Program-made: the position numbers and the translations under genes
Source of the DNA: Cetorhinus maximus
Taxonomy: Eukaryota
NCBI RefSeq assembly: GCF_964194155.1
Contig: NW_027596099.1
Span: forward strand, 2,356,001 to 2,420,000
Reading direction: 5' to 3'
Length of the DNA: 64,000 nt
The notes under the pieces: generated by a model
Database searches by the model: none
Seen by the model: the letters and a program-made list of their open reading frames with translations, nothing else
What the model was told of the DNA's origin: nothing
In this document: in pieces, positions 38,226-51,279 of the stretch
Layout: the number at the start of each line of letters is the position of its first letter
Position numbering within the stretch: the first letter of the stretch is position 1

Positions 38226-40129
38226 ACCAGGGTCGACGGGACTTGGAAACCAGTGCGATTGCCTCCCTGTCCAAGAACAAAATAGTCCATCTGCCCTTAG
38301 GATGCATTGTATCGAGTCTCCAATATGCAGAGCTTATGGACTAAATAAGCGCAGCGCGCAACTTTCATTGTTTGACTGATTTAATAGCTCCATTGATAGG
38401 CGTGCACGCCTCCCCGTTCTAAAGCCGCCATTTCGGACTTCAACCCTCCATAAATCGCCCTCCCTTCGCCCCTCAGTGATGGACATACGATGAAGATCGG
38501 AAATGACCCGCACTCCTCTAAACAGTACCCTTTGTTGTAGAGTTGCTGATTGATTTCTACTGGTGGTTGTTAAGTGGATTAAAGTCATTGGTGTGTTTTG
38601 TACTGCTACTTCAAGTAAATGTAGCTTACAGGAAGTTTTCTTTCGCGTTGTGAAGGCTATGGATCTGAAAATAATGTTTCTGCTCTGAACTCCCGCACCC
38701 CATCACGGGAGCAAATGTTTTTACCTACCTTGGTCTGTAGTTTGGCCGGTAGAATGGACAGAGGAGGCTCAGACTGCGACAGGGTCCTGTAAGAGGGAGC
38801 AATGTGTTCTCAGCTTTAGGTCAACAGGCATAAATGCTCCAAATTGTCCTCAGCGAAGGACAGTATGAAATATATTTGCTTCCCTGTGCCATTTCTCACT
38901 GCAATCTACCCTTTTGCCGGGAGGGTGAACAGTGCTTTTTATTGCTAATGAAGGTGATAAAGGCCATTTTATCGAGACATCTAACTGGTCACTACCCACT
39001 GTTTCAGAGGGGAAGATAATGATGCTCTTTATACAACGAATGCATACTATGTTTCCTCTTCAATTAGCAGGAGGCAGAGAAGCCAAGCAGAAGCAGGAGG
39101 CGGAAGGGGAAGATGGAGAGGAAGGGATCCCACAAACCCACGCAGATCCTCTCTGACTGGACAGCCGATCATAGCCTCATCTGACTGTCGCACCAGTGAA
39201 TCCAAAAACAACCCCTCAGTGAACGTTAGACGCAGACCTTTCTTTCCCCAACACTGTGCCCTCTTCGGCACAATTCAGAAATGGAAGCTACCACACAAAT
39301 AAATCTTGCAACTTTATAAACCAAACCGTTAATCAGTTTCATTCAGAAATCAACAAATTATCTTTTGTTTCCCCTTTGTAACTGCCATCTGTAAGGAATC
39401 ATGGCGCAAAAAGGACAAATAATTTCCTCATTGCAAATAACTCTTTTCAGGTTAGCGAAACAGCATCGATTTTCTCTCTCCAGAAAAACATTTTCTACAA
39501 ATTCCATTTCTAAACATAAAACATTTTTAATCAGCCTCCAGACACGTCAGGGACAGTTGATTCAGGTTTCTACGTTGACATTCCTAAGTGCATAGGATGG
39601 GGGCTTTTGCATTCCCTTATCTGTGCAAGTCTTCACGAGAGGCCAGGGTATGTCCATCAGCATGGTGTAAGCTAGAAATTCCGACCTCGAAAAGGGGAGC
39701 AGGTAACGACACTGACAGTTTTGGAACCTGTCCCATAACCCTTGATCAGAAGAGTTTAAATATGTAATGGACACTGTGTAAGCTACCAGCCCCCGGTAAA
39801 CTAAGGTACATTAAAAAGCACTCGAGAAGCAGGGGCACACTTGGGGAGTCTCTAGTGTTATACAGGCAGCTGAACTCTGAATATGAAAGATGGATAGGAG
39901 GGGGAGGAGCAGGATCCCGGGAAGAGTTGCCTAACCCTTGGATTGGAGTGCAGGATGCTCCTGTCAGAACATACTGAGCTTAGCAAGCTGTGTGCCAACT
40001 GCCTGTTCGCCCCATGAGATCAATAAACAGCCTCCAATTCTCACGAACCAAATCCCTTTTTTCTGCCGAATTAATTCATACATCATTCATAAACTGTTGC
40101 TGCTTATTAAATTATCTTAAACTTAGTTA

Positions 40130-41348
40130 CTGATAGTCGACTGGCCATCTAAGGTCTCTGTGGCCCCCGAATCCATAGTGTTATACATCCATGTGCCCAT
40201 ACCTGGCCTAGAGCCCCGACCCAGTCTGACCCCAGTGGCTGCAGCATGGTGGTTGGAAGAATGGTGACTTTCAGTTGGTCGGTGTGCAGGTCGTCCTGGT
40301 GCACACCCTCGAGCTGCCCTGATCCTAACAGGCCGGGCTTCAGATTGTCCGACCTCGGCTTGGCAACAGCAGTGTACACAGGCCGACAGGAAGGCACCGG
40401 GAAATAGAAGGTTGTCTCTTCTGGGAGAATGAACGATATGTACCTAAGAGCGGAAAGCAATTGTTTGATGCACGGAGTCATTCCTGCTCCGGCGGGGACG
40501 TGCTTCAGTTGCCCTTTTAATGTGTTGGAGGGCGGCTTGCCTGTCTGCTGTGAAACCCTGCAAGCCCTTTTGAATAGTGACATCAACATTTTTGATGGCA
40601 GCAGCCTGAGCTGGCATTGCAATAACTTGTGCAGGCATGGCAACAAGCTAAGTCTGCATTGCTGAACTCTTCACTTCGACTGAATCACTCAGACGTGAGA
40701 TGCCTTCAGATTGTACTGCAATGGAATCTGCTCCATCTGGCATCGGTTGTGACGCTGTTAAATCAATAACCGTGGTAATGACGCTGGTATCACATTTACA
40801 CTGAGGATAGCTCCCCAGCTCTGCGTGAAGCAATGAGTAAGTTATGCTGCTGGATTCCTCCATACTGCTTTACATAGAACATAGTGCACTATTGGACCTG
40901 GCGATGGACCAAACATCCATGTGAACATATCCCTCAGCATCTTTCGAAATGCTGTCACATCGACCTCCTTCTCTGAATGAAATGCAGCATAACTCATGGC
41001 CCACCACGCAATCCAAAGACCTGAGTCCTACGTCACACTGGCCTACTTCCAGTATACAGCGTTCTATCTCCCTCTCTTCCACCCTCTAAATTACACACAG
41101 TGCCAGTATCTGAGCAATTGGCTGTCAGTGTCAGAATGATTTATGGTGCTTCATCATGGGTATTGTCTTCACCAATCCCCCCACCCACACCCCGCCCCCC
41201 CACCCCCGCCCCACCACCCAATCCACCTCCTTTTACTTTTTGCTGCTGCACAACTGTTTAATAAGTTTGCAGTTCTTGGTAGCTGAAAGAACATCGGAAC
41301 AGTCAAGTTGGCTCGTGGGGAGAGGGAATAGCAAAATTTCATCCTAAG
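40130..41348. mobile_element. Probable decayed Harbinger-type element fragment
   Basis: GC-richer block ending in a TIR-like ...gcaaaatttcatcc followed by taa. Compositional resemblance only. Confidence 0.25.
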
Positions 41349-42354
41349 GCAATTTGTACTTTCTCAATCAGAACTAATTTAATGATTTTGCAAGGGAGAG
41401 CGAGGATGATGATTTGGCATCATTAGATCATGTGATGGCCCATTCACGTCCTTGGGAAAAATAAGCCTTAATTTTCTTATTTGTTCAATGTCCCCTTTGA
41501 GGGCAATGTGGACTGAAGAGTATACCAAAAGCTCAATAATGTATTTTTCCTTTGTAATTCTTGTCTGTGTAATAGCTTGCGTTTCACAAGGAAAGGGCAA
41601 ATTGATTGCCAATTAGAGTTTTCTGGATAGCAGTCTATTTTAATAGTTGGCAGCTTAGAACATACTGAGAATTCATGTGGATAAAAACAGCTATGGTTCA
41701 CTCCATATAGAACAGGTTTCTTCATGTAATTTCGCAATTTGATCCTTGTGGAAAACCAGCTCTCCGAGAATAGAGCAGAGACCGTGTTGTTATGCGTGTT
41801 GTACAGGGGGAAATACCATAATAGTGATAGGAGGAAGGGGAAGTGATTATGAATTGGGCAAGGCCCTTTGATACAGTTTAAGTGTTGACAGGGATCACTA
41901 GAACTTAAAATTGTGACAGAGAAGGGGTTCGGTGTCAACAGGCTGTCGTGAACGGAGTGAGGGAGGGCTCGTAGACTTGCAGCCTGTCGGTGGTAACCAT
42001 GTCTGGGGATGTCTCACATAATACACCAGCTGATGAAAACGACGGAAGGGCAATTGAATGGAAAATGCGAGATCCGAGCGAGGGTCGAGTTAGAAAACTG
42101 CATGATTTCACGTGGTGCCCCGTTTCTGGGAGAAGCAAAGTGAATGTTGTTTACTCCGTGAGCATACCTTTATTTTGTCGCTTGTTCAAATGAAATTTAC
42201 CCCTTAGTTTGCAAAATCATCCACATGTTAAACCTCGAATAATGGTGAATTTAGTTGTGAAGTTAATTTTTAAAAAAACATTGGTTTGCATTCCATTGTT
42301 CTCTTGGGGATTTACTTCTTTTGAACAAGTTGTTTTGTCTGCCAAGGGCCGGAT

Positions 42355-43160
42355 AAAATTCGGGGGTGTTACCGGATCTCTCAGTGGAAAGACGGGAAAG
42401 GGGTGCTGAAATTTTCCAGAATATGAACCAACAAGATTTCACCTTGAATTTTGCTGTTTTCAGCGAAATCTCAACATGGTTATTTCCTTTGTTCAGGGAT
42501 TCCTGGAGAGAAGAAATATTGTCTTATAATTAACCTTAAGGAGGAAAAGAGCACTCGCATCTATTGCTGCTAACCAGAATTAACGTGGTGAGACAATTCA
42601 AACTAGAGAGGAAGACGTTTGAAAGAAAGGAAATCGAGGAAGGCGGAGAATTAGAAAGACAAACGTTGATTCACGTTTTTGATAGAGAAATACGCGCACT
42701 TAAAATAGAATTGGAAGAAGGAAATCCCCCAAGCTAGTGCATGGGACAGGGAATCCAGAGGCCACACCTCGTTCCTATTTTTTGGACAGCAGATTGGCTC
42801 GGCACATAAACGTAATGAGCGTGAAGGAGAAATGTGCTTTATGTCATTTTTGAAAGTTGTTTCCGTAATGAAATGGCTACAGGAGCAACAATATGACATC
42901 TTCCATAGAGTTTTCGTGGGATACGATTTGGAGGTGTGCTCACAACTTTGAGAGGATTCGTCAGGTGAGTTTGACATTGTTATCGATAGCCACTTGGTTT
43001 TACAGGACATGAGTATTGCACTAATAAGGCAAATGCGGTTGAAGCTCTTTGTCTTGCACTCATCAGGAAAGATTTGCAAGAATAGCAAATCTCAAAGGGT
43101 GAAATGTATACTGCATGAAAAGAGGGTGGTGATTAGCTGGACGCTGATTACTGGGTCACT
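42355..43160 (+). mobile_element. Gypsy (Gmr1-like) LTR retrotransposon 5' internal remnant: degraded tRNA-Pro-like PBS and gag
   Basis: ttcgggggtgttaccggat at ~42359 resembles the Pro PBS tgggggctcgtccgggat. Fragments KVVSVMKWLQEQ...LEVCSQL*EDSSGEFDIV resemble Gypsy gag FE.VA....WP...LLQ.VL.GKA.EV...L..E....YD.V. Confidence 0.5.
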
Positions 43161-44389
43161 GCTATGCCGAATGAACAAGCGGACACTTAACTGCCAAGCT
43201 TTTCCTAAAATTCGAACCAGGCAAGACGGCCCTGATTACTCAGGGTATTAACATGGGGAATGAACCAGGGAATGACTGTCCCCCGAGGTTTTGTCTAAAT
43301 AAAAAGTCACAATGCATAGGCATGTTCTTTCTGTTTGCAGGGGACAGGGCCCCCTGTGTGAATATATCTATCACGCGTAGGTGAGCCACTCTGTGAGCGC
43401 GACTGATACATTTAAATTGCTTGACAATGTAATTCTTAGCAAAACCAGGATTATTTAGTAAGTGCTGTCAAAACGCAGAATGACATCCAATGTTGGACAC
43501 TTTGCTTTTTGCTTTAAAAACACGTGGAGGACGATTATGGTGATTGATTTGCCTGTTGTGAGCAGCCGTAGCGACGAGGTGTTTGATATGATCCACCAGG
43601 TATTGGACCTATGGCCTCAATATCTGGACTCACATCGGTATTGAAGTTCATATATCACATTATTCGGTTCTGTGGCATGCAGACTGCACAAATGGAAAAC
43701 TACTGCTGCAACTGTCTGTACCCAAACTGAAATGATTGTTTCTGTCAGCAAACACAAACACACACAGATGAATGAAACAAAATAGCTTGCTAACCGAGGC
43801 TCCACACTGATCATTGTCTCTTTGGCAAAAAATTCACACACGCACTCGAACACACACACAGCCGACTTCCAGGTAGAAATACAAACTAAATAGGTTGAAT
43901 TCCAAAGTTCCCATTTATTCTGGGAAACCATGCGAATAATGTATATTTCCATCAAAGGCGAAACAATGTTTCACAGACTTACTGGCACCATTCCGAAACT
44001 AATGAAACGCTCTCTGTTGCTTTTGATCGTGTCTTTATAGCTGTGACATGTTAACTCAAAATGAACCTATCCTTTAGATTGTCCATTTGCTTAGGTTTTC
44101 TTAGCATTTACCTTTCATTGAAACGTTACAAGACTCAAACCAAAAGATATTTTCCTAAAACAAAACAGGACCTACCCGGAATGTGGGGTGACGACTGAAT
44201 CAGACTGGAGACCTGGACTCCACATTGCCCGGTCACTAAATTTCAGTCATGTCAGATCATGGGGGATTATCGAGGCTCGGAATTGGCCGTGGTCTGGATT
44301 TGGATTGGCTGCCTGCTCTGCGACCAGGCCTGAGGCTCTATTCAGTCTGAGTTATCAGTTCTAAGTATGAGGAGAGAGTTTTGGGCAGT

Positions 44390-44905
44390 TACATTGGCCT
44401 TGGGGGAAGTCCAGAGAAAGTTCACCAGGTTTGATACCGGGTATGGAGTGATTTTCTGATGAGGAGTGTTTTGCTGTTTGGGCTTGGACTCATTGGGTTA
44501 TAGAAGAATGAGGGGCGACCTTGTTGAAACAGATATGATTCGTTAGAGGGCTTGACAGGCTAGTTGCTGAGAGGTTCTTTCCATTTGTGGCCGAATTTAT
44601 GACCAGAGGGTATAATCTGAGAGTAAGGAGACGCCCATTGCAAACAGGAATGAGGAAGAATTTATTTTCTCAGAGGCTAGTGAATCTGTGGAATTTACGA
44701 CCGGAGAGGGCGGTATAGGTGGCCTTTAAGTCTATCCAAGGCTGAGATAGGCAGGTTTCTAATAAGTAAAGGGATCAAGGGTTATGGGGAGAAGGCAGGC
44801 AAGTGGAGTTGACGATTATCGGATCAGCCATGACCACATTGAATCCTGGGTAAGTCTCGATGTGCCCAAAATCCGACATCTCCTTCTATGCATCATAGTC
44901 TAACG
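44390..44905 (+). mobile_element. CR1 LINE 3' fragment
   Basis: gtccagagaaagttcaccagg, gaagaatgaggggcgacctt, gaggaagaatttattttctcagagg and a tail ending at ~44900. Confidence 0.85.
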
Positions 44906-45329
44906 GGCGAGGCAATGATAATAAATTGTTAACCGACCGAAGATGGTTTCCACAGTCTAATGCTACCAACCAATTCAGCTGTATAGATGATCTGCTTGGG
45001 AAGGCTGCAGAACCTATTCTTACTAAAAAAAACATCGATTTTTAAGAAGATTTAAAATACAGAACCAGGTGGCAGGGCGCAACGGTTTGGGAAGGGGATG
45101 TCAGATCATATCACAGCGGCAATAGAAGGCAGCCAAGTTAAAGGGAGTCCGTGTTAGACAACTGAAGAAAACAGGAGGAGCACTGATTTCGGAGATTGAG
45201 AGGACCCGAAGATTTTTTTTTTTCAAAGATGGTGACAGGGCGATGCCATTTAAGGATTTACCAAGAAGATGGTAATAATTAAACCGATGAGTTTGCTATA
45301 TTGCAAACCCAAATCAGTAGGAGAACAGA

Positions 45330-46925
45330 GTGGTAATAATTGATTGGGATTTAGTGCTGTTTAAAAAAGATTTAGCAGAGTGGTGATAAGTGGATGGGAT
45401 GCAGTGCTGGGTAAAATACATTAGGCAGAGGTGATAAGCTGATGGGATGCAGTGCAGGGTAAAATACATTCAGCAGAGTGGTAAAAGTGGATGGGATGCA
45501 GTGCTGGGTAAAATACATTCAGCAGAGTGGTGATAAGTGCATGGGATGCAGTGCAGGGTAAAATACATTCAGCAGTGTGTTGATAAGTGTATGGGATGCA
45601 ATGTCGGGTAAAATACATTCAGCAGAGTGGTGATAAGTGTATGGGATGCAGTGCCGGGTAAAATACATTCAGCAGAGTGGTGATAAGTGGATGGGATGCA
45701 GTGCCGGGTAAAATACATTCAGCAGAGTGGTGATAAGTGGATGGGATGCAGTGCCGGGTAAAATACATTCAGCAGAGTGGTGATAAGTGGATGGGGTGCA
45801 GTGCTGTGTAAAATACATTCAGCAGAGTGGTGATAAGTGAATGGGATGCAATGCTGTGTAAAATACATTCAGCAGAGAGATGATAAGTGAATGGGATGCA
45901 GTGCCGGGTAAAATACATTCAGCAGAGTGGTGATAAGTGGATGGGATGCAGTACCGGGTAAAATACATTCAGCAGAGTGGTGATAAGTGGATGGGATGCA
46001 GTGCCGGGTAAAATACATTCAGCAGAGTGGTGATAAGTGGATGGGGTGCAGTGATGGGTAAAATACATTCAGCAGAGTGGTGATAAGTGGATGGGGTGCA
46101 GTGATGAGTAAAATACATTCAGCAGAGTGGTGATATGTGGATGGGATGCAGTGCTGGGTAAAATACATTCAGCAGTGTGGTGATAAGTGGATGGGATGCA
46201 GTGCCGGGTAAAATACATTCAGCAGAGTGGTGATAAGTGAATGGGATGCAGTGTTGGGTAAAATACATTCAGCAGAGTGGTGATAAGTGGATGGGGTGCA
46301 GTGATGGGTAAAATACATTCAGCAGAGTGGTGATAAGTGGATGGGGTGCAGTGATGGGTAAAATACATTCAGCAGAGTGGTGATAAGTGAATGGGATGCA
46401 GTGTTGGGTAAAATACATTCAGCAGAGTGGTGATAAGTGACTGGGATGCAGTGCCGGGTAAAATACATTCAGCAGAGTGGTGATAAGTGAATGGGATGCA
46501 GTGCAGGGTAAAATACATTCGACAGTGTGTTGATAAGTGTATGGGATGCACTGTCGGGTAAAATACATTCAGCAGAGTGGTCACAAGTGAATGGGATTCA
46601 CTGCCGGGTAAAAGACATTCAGCAGACTGGTGATAAGTGAATGGGATGCAGTGCTGTGTAAAATACATTCAGTAGAGTGGTGATAAGTGGATGGGATGCA
46701 GTGTCGGGTAAAATACATTCAGCAGAGATGTGATAAGTGAATGGGATGCAGTGCTGTGTAAAATACATTCAGCAGAGTGGTGATAAGTGGATGGGATGCA
46801 GTGCTGGGTAAAATACATTCAGCAGTGTTGTGATAAGTGAATGTAATTTAGTGCTCTTAAAATATATTCAGCAGATTGTTGATAAGTGAATGGGATTTCG
46901 CTCTTGTTAAAATACATTCAGCTGC
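45330..46925 (+). repeat. 50-bp minisatellite array, ~32 units
   Basis: Consensus aaatacattcagcagagtggtgataagtggatgggatgcagtgccgggta. Central units are nearly identical and edge units diverge. Confidence 0.97.
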
Positions 46926-48465
46926 CAACTCCTTGACCTCCCTGCTTAATTTACATATTTCATACACTACGTGCCTAACATTTAGTTCCTCTCTTCCTTC
47001 CATTGTGTTTGAAGACACTTTTTATGCCTATTATCACATTTATTTCTAGGCATCTCCTAATGTCTAGAAATAAGTTGTATTTGGGAACAATTTTCCATTT
47101 TTTGAAATTTTCTCAGTCTCAGGCATAAAGCTAATTCCGGCTTAATTGTGCACTGTTTCTTTCAATACGCTTACCTTCCTGAGTTAGCCATGGGGGCTGC
47201 ACCATTCTCGTAGTTGATGACCATTCATGCAATAATGTAGCTTTTATTTATGACCTAAGTGAATGGCCTCCTGCTCTCTCAGAATTTGCCTCTATTCTCC
47301 AAGGTTTACGACTCCGTTTCATCGGTAAATGCACCTTCTCAATTTCACAAACATATCTATATAATTTGGTCACTGTCTCACTAAGTGCCTACATTTAACT
47401 TTGATATAAGGCTCCATAATGCTGCATCAGATTTGTTTGTGATTTTTACTGAACTGGCAGCTAAGGCTGCGTGCAGATCCTGAGCTGACACGTTCGGCCA
47501 CATCCGAACGATTAGAGGATACCACCTTTCATCCTACTCTCTGTCTCCCACATTCTAATTATTTCACTATCCTAGTAAATAGGGCGATCCCAATTCCATT
47601 CAAACCTGAAATCTACCCCCTTTACCAGGGAAAATTCATATGAATTAGCAGACGTTCACAGCCCAACAATGCATAAAGTTCCATTGATTTACATTGATTG
47701 AAATGATTTAAACCAGATGGTAGCCACCACTCCCGGATATTCCTCATCAGGAAACTGGAGTCGATCTGAAAGGAGAGAGATTCACCATTCCATGCATCCT
47801 GACACAGTGAAGTCCTATCATATCTGCTTTTAGAGGGGTAATCCACGGTTGCCCTCATCTGAAATTCTCACAAAAGACACCATTGAAAAATTCAGGGTTA
47901 TCAAAAAGCGGCAAAGAGGACGGAGCCAGTGGGAATATAAAGCACCCACCACCCCTCCCCGGTCATTGGAAGCTGCTTAGTATCCATGGTCAATGAGCGT
48001 GTGATGGTCATAATTGCAGGTCAGAGAAACCGTGCCTGGCGACTTAATATGTTCGTTTACCTCTCTTGATATTTAGAAATGGCAGCCTGCATTTAAATGT
48101 AACAGTGTTTCATTGTCTTATTCAGTGCCGTTGTTCTCCTAACGATGTCATTGTGAAAACGGGTTATAAACTGACTGAGTGCAGGAATCAAATCCAACTC
48201 GCCTGACAGCAAACCCTCAGCTCGAATATTGCTTTGCAATTTCACCATCTAGGTCCCTGATCCAGCAGAATAATATGTTTAATGCTGCAATAACAACACG
48301 GGGTCAGGATTTCGTTTCCTTTTCACTGCAGTGAGTTCAGTGACCTCCTGAGGCAGATTAAGCTTCTGGCATTGCGCGATTCCTGGCAGATAAACTGAAC
48401 GGGATGATGGCACTTTTACTAAATACTGTTATGTGAAATGCTGTAACCCGATCGCATTCTGCATT
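46925..48465 (-). repeat. Copy B (unique-sequence part) of the inverted duplication of 10090-11650
   Basis: Colinear reverse-complement similarity to 10090-11650. Confidence 0.9.
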
Positions 48466-51279
48466 TCCATATCTCTCGCTGGATTACATTATGATAGCAA
48501 CTCCAAATCCCTGATATCCACCACTGAGATGGGCAAGAAGAACTGGAACGTCAGCACCTCCCAGTTCCCCTACAAGGTGCACAGTGTGCTGCTTTCCATA
48601 TATGTCACCGATCGTTTATGGTGGCTGAATTAATAGCGCAGGACACACTACCTGGCTGTATAATCAAAAAAATAGTCAGCCCTCATAATGTAGAGGTCCA
48701 CAAAAAAGCTCCTCGTGCAGATTCACATATGAAAACATTGTATTGGGTATAAATAAAGATTACATATGAATAGATACTTTTAAAAACACTGCTCTTTCAA
48801 GTAAATATTTATAGTGTGCGGGGGACTTCCATGCTTGGTAGCACATCTTCAAGAACGGGGGGATGGCAGGGGGTTGGGGGGGGGGCGGTACTTGCATGAA
48901 AAGGGCTTCAATAAACAGCATTCCTTTGTTCAAATTGCATTGTAGAGTGCAATTTCTGTTCTCGAATCTGCCTCTTTTTCCTTTTTCTCTGGAATTAAAA
49001 TTTAATTCTCTTCGGTCGAGGAGTTGTGACTAGGGGCTTTAAGTTGACGTACCAATCCAGGGAGTGTGTGCGGCGCGAAGGGTTGTTTCCCACTGTGTTG
49101 CACACACGCACACACGCTGACTCAAACAGCACACACTCGTTCAAGGCATACTCACATTCACACACACTATCACGCGCACTCACACACATCCATAAAAAAA
49201 CACACACACACAAACAAAGTTACTCCTGCAAAGAAGAAGACACACACATATAGATAGGGAGACAACCACAGGCACGTACGCACAAATAAGCCAAGCCTTC
49301 CCTCTTTAAAAGCTCCAGTCCCGAGAATACTGCGCAGGACATATGGATGAGTTGGATTCGGGAACATAGAAAAACGTGAAGGCGATGTTATTAACGTGAA
49401 AACAAACGAGACAAAACGAGAGAGAGAGAAATGAGAAAGAGAGAGAGAGAGAGAGAGTTGAGATATGGGTGTGTGGGAGAGCGAGAGAGTGAGAGAAATA
49501 AACAGAGGCCGAGGGAGAGAGAAGCTGCTGATTTTTTTTTTACCGTAATGTAACTAACCTGATTATGTCTCTGCTCGGCAAACATCTGAAGAGTTATTGC
49601 GCCGTATTGTAAACATAGGCTCAAACCCCTCTCCTGCCCTCTCCATTTCACTCTCCTTTCACTGAGGGTATGTGTTGGTGAATTTAAAAATAATGATGGT
49701 ATCAATGCTGTCTGTCTAAATCAGTCCCCTCCTGGCGTTCTGAGGCAGATTAATGTTCCCATCCGCGCTTCTCCGCGCATTGATCACAGCAACAAGATTA
49801 AAACAATAATTAGACTTAGATAAAAATAAGCAGAGGGTAATAAGCATCTATTTAAATACACTGACTCCTGTCAGCTCCACTGGGGGAGTGGAAAGTGTGA
49901 AATAATCCCTCTTACCACTAAAGGCTAAATAAAGATTCAGCCCACAAAGGTATTCACATTAAACAAGATAGATGGAATAACGCGCTTTTTTACTTTTGAA
50001 GCAAGAACAAGCGAATGCTGTTGGGAAAGCTGTTATTTCTGCCTGTTTAGTGATCCCTCCCATCTCTTTTTTTGTCTGAAAGGCGAGCATTGTTTTTAGA
50101 AAAAACATGGTGTTCTTATTCGGACTTTCTGTACTTTGCGCCCTCACCTGGATCTGATAACCTGTGACAACTCCAGTTCTTGCTTCACTAAAAGTCAGTA
50201 ATATTTGAGCAAACAGACATGAGGCGAGGGAAACAATCTCATCTTTGGCTCGTTGGTCAGTTGCGAAAAAAAGTCACAATTACGTCTGTGATGTCTCTTC
50301 ATGGCATTCCCTTCACGATCTCTGTAATTTCTTCCTACCCCACAAGTCACCATGATAACTGTGGTCGCCTAATTCCGGCTGCATGAACCTCCTCGACTGT
50401 GATTTTCCACCATTGCTGAACTTGCCTTCAGTTGCCTACAGTCCATGATCTGGAATTCCGCCCCCCCAGCACCGCTCCAAATCACTGCCTCTCTGTCCTC
50501 CTTTAAGATAATTCTTCAGACCGACCCGTTTGACTAAATCTTTGATCAGTTGTCAAGTTGTGTTGTGTGGAGCTAATGTGAAGCAACCTGAGCCACGTGA
50601 TTGTGTTAAATGTGCATTATGAATATGAGTTGTTGTTGTCGCTTTGCCATATAATGCTCTCTGCAGCATCTTTGGTTGTTTTACCATGTTTATATTCGAT
50701 ACTAATACGTGTGGGCTTCCATTGCCTGCATTTCGGACTCTGTGTCATGTTACATGTGCGGTTGTCAGGATTACTGCATGAATCCCGTAATCCCCTGCCT
50801 CCGTCACTCATCCGACAATGTGACAGGAGGTCCTGTGCCGATCTTGACAGAGGTAAAACCATGATGGGGCCTGAGATCTCCCTGCTCCATGTTTGGTGCT
50901 CAGTGAGAATTTTTTGGTCGAATTTCCATAAACAGTGAAATAGACGTTGCAGAGTCCTGACTACTTAGAGATTAAATAACCATCAAGGAGGTTTATAAAG
51001 CTGTTTGTCAGTTTGTCAGTTGAAGTTACCAAAATGCTGAAATGCAGGAACAATATCCATTATTATAGGCATTCGACTGACTATTTAAGACGTTGAACGT
51101 ATATTTATGGGAGATAGAGAGAATGACGGAAGCGAAAGAGCGAGAGAGATAGAGAGAGAGAGAGAGAGAATTTATTATGTTCGTGACCCGCCGTGGCCTT
51201 GCCCTCCCCCGAGAAGCGGTTCAAAGCGCTCCCTCCAGAGAGAAATTTGGTAATTCCCGATCGTCCGGTGTGAATCTCA

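Noticed and set aside
40149-40665. 165-aa minus-strand ORF and Cys-rich plus-strand ORF
   Set aside because: No recognisable domain or splice context; likely decayed transposon sequence.
45330-46925. Regular array that could be mistaken for a CRISPR array
   Set aside because: Head-to-tail 50-bp units with no unique spacers, no cas genes and a vertebrate context; it is a minisatellite. The ORFs in it are repeat translations.
48990-49530. Thr/His-rich and Ser/Leu-rich ORFs
   Set aside because: Translations of CA and GA microsatellites.
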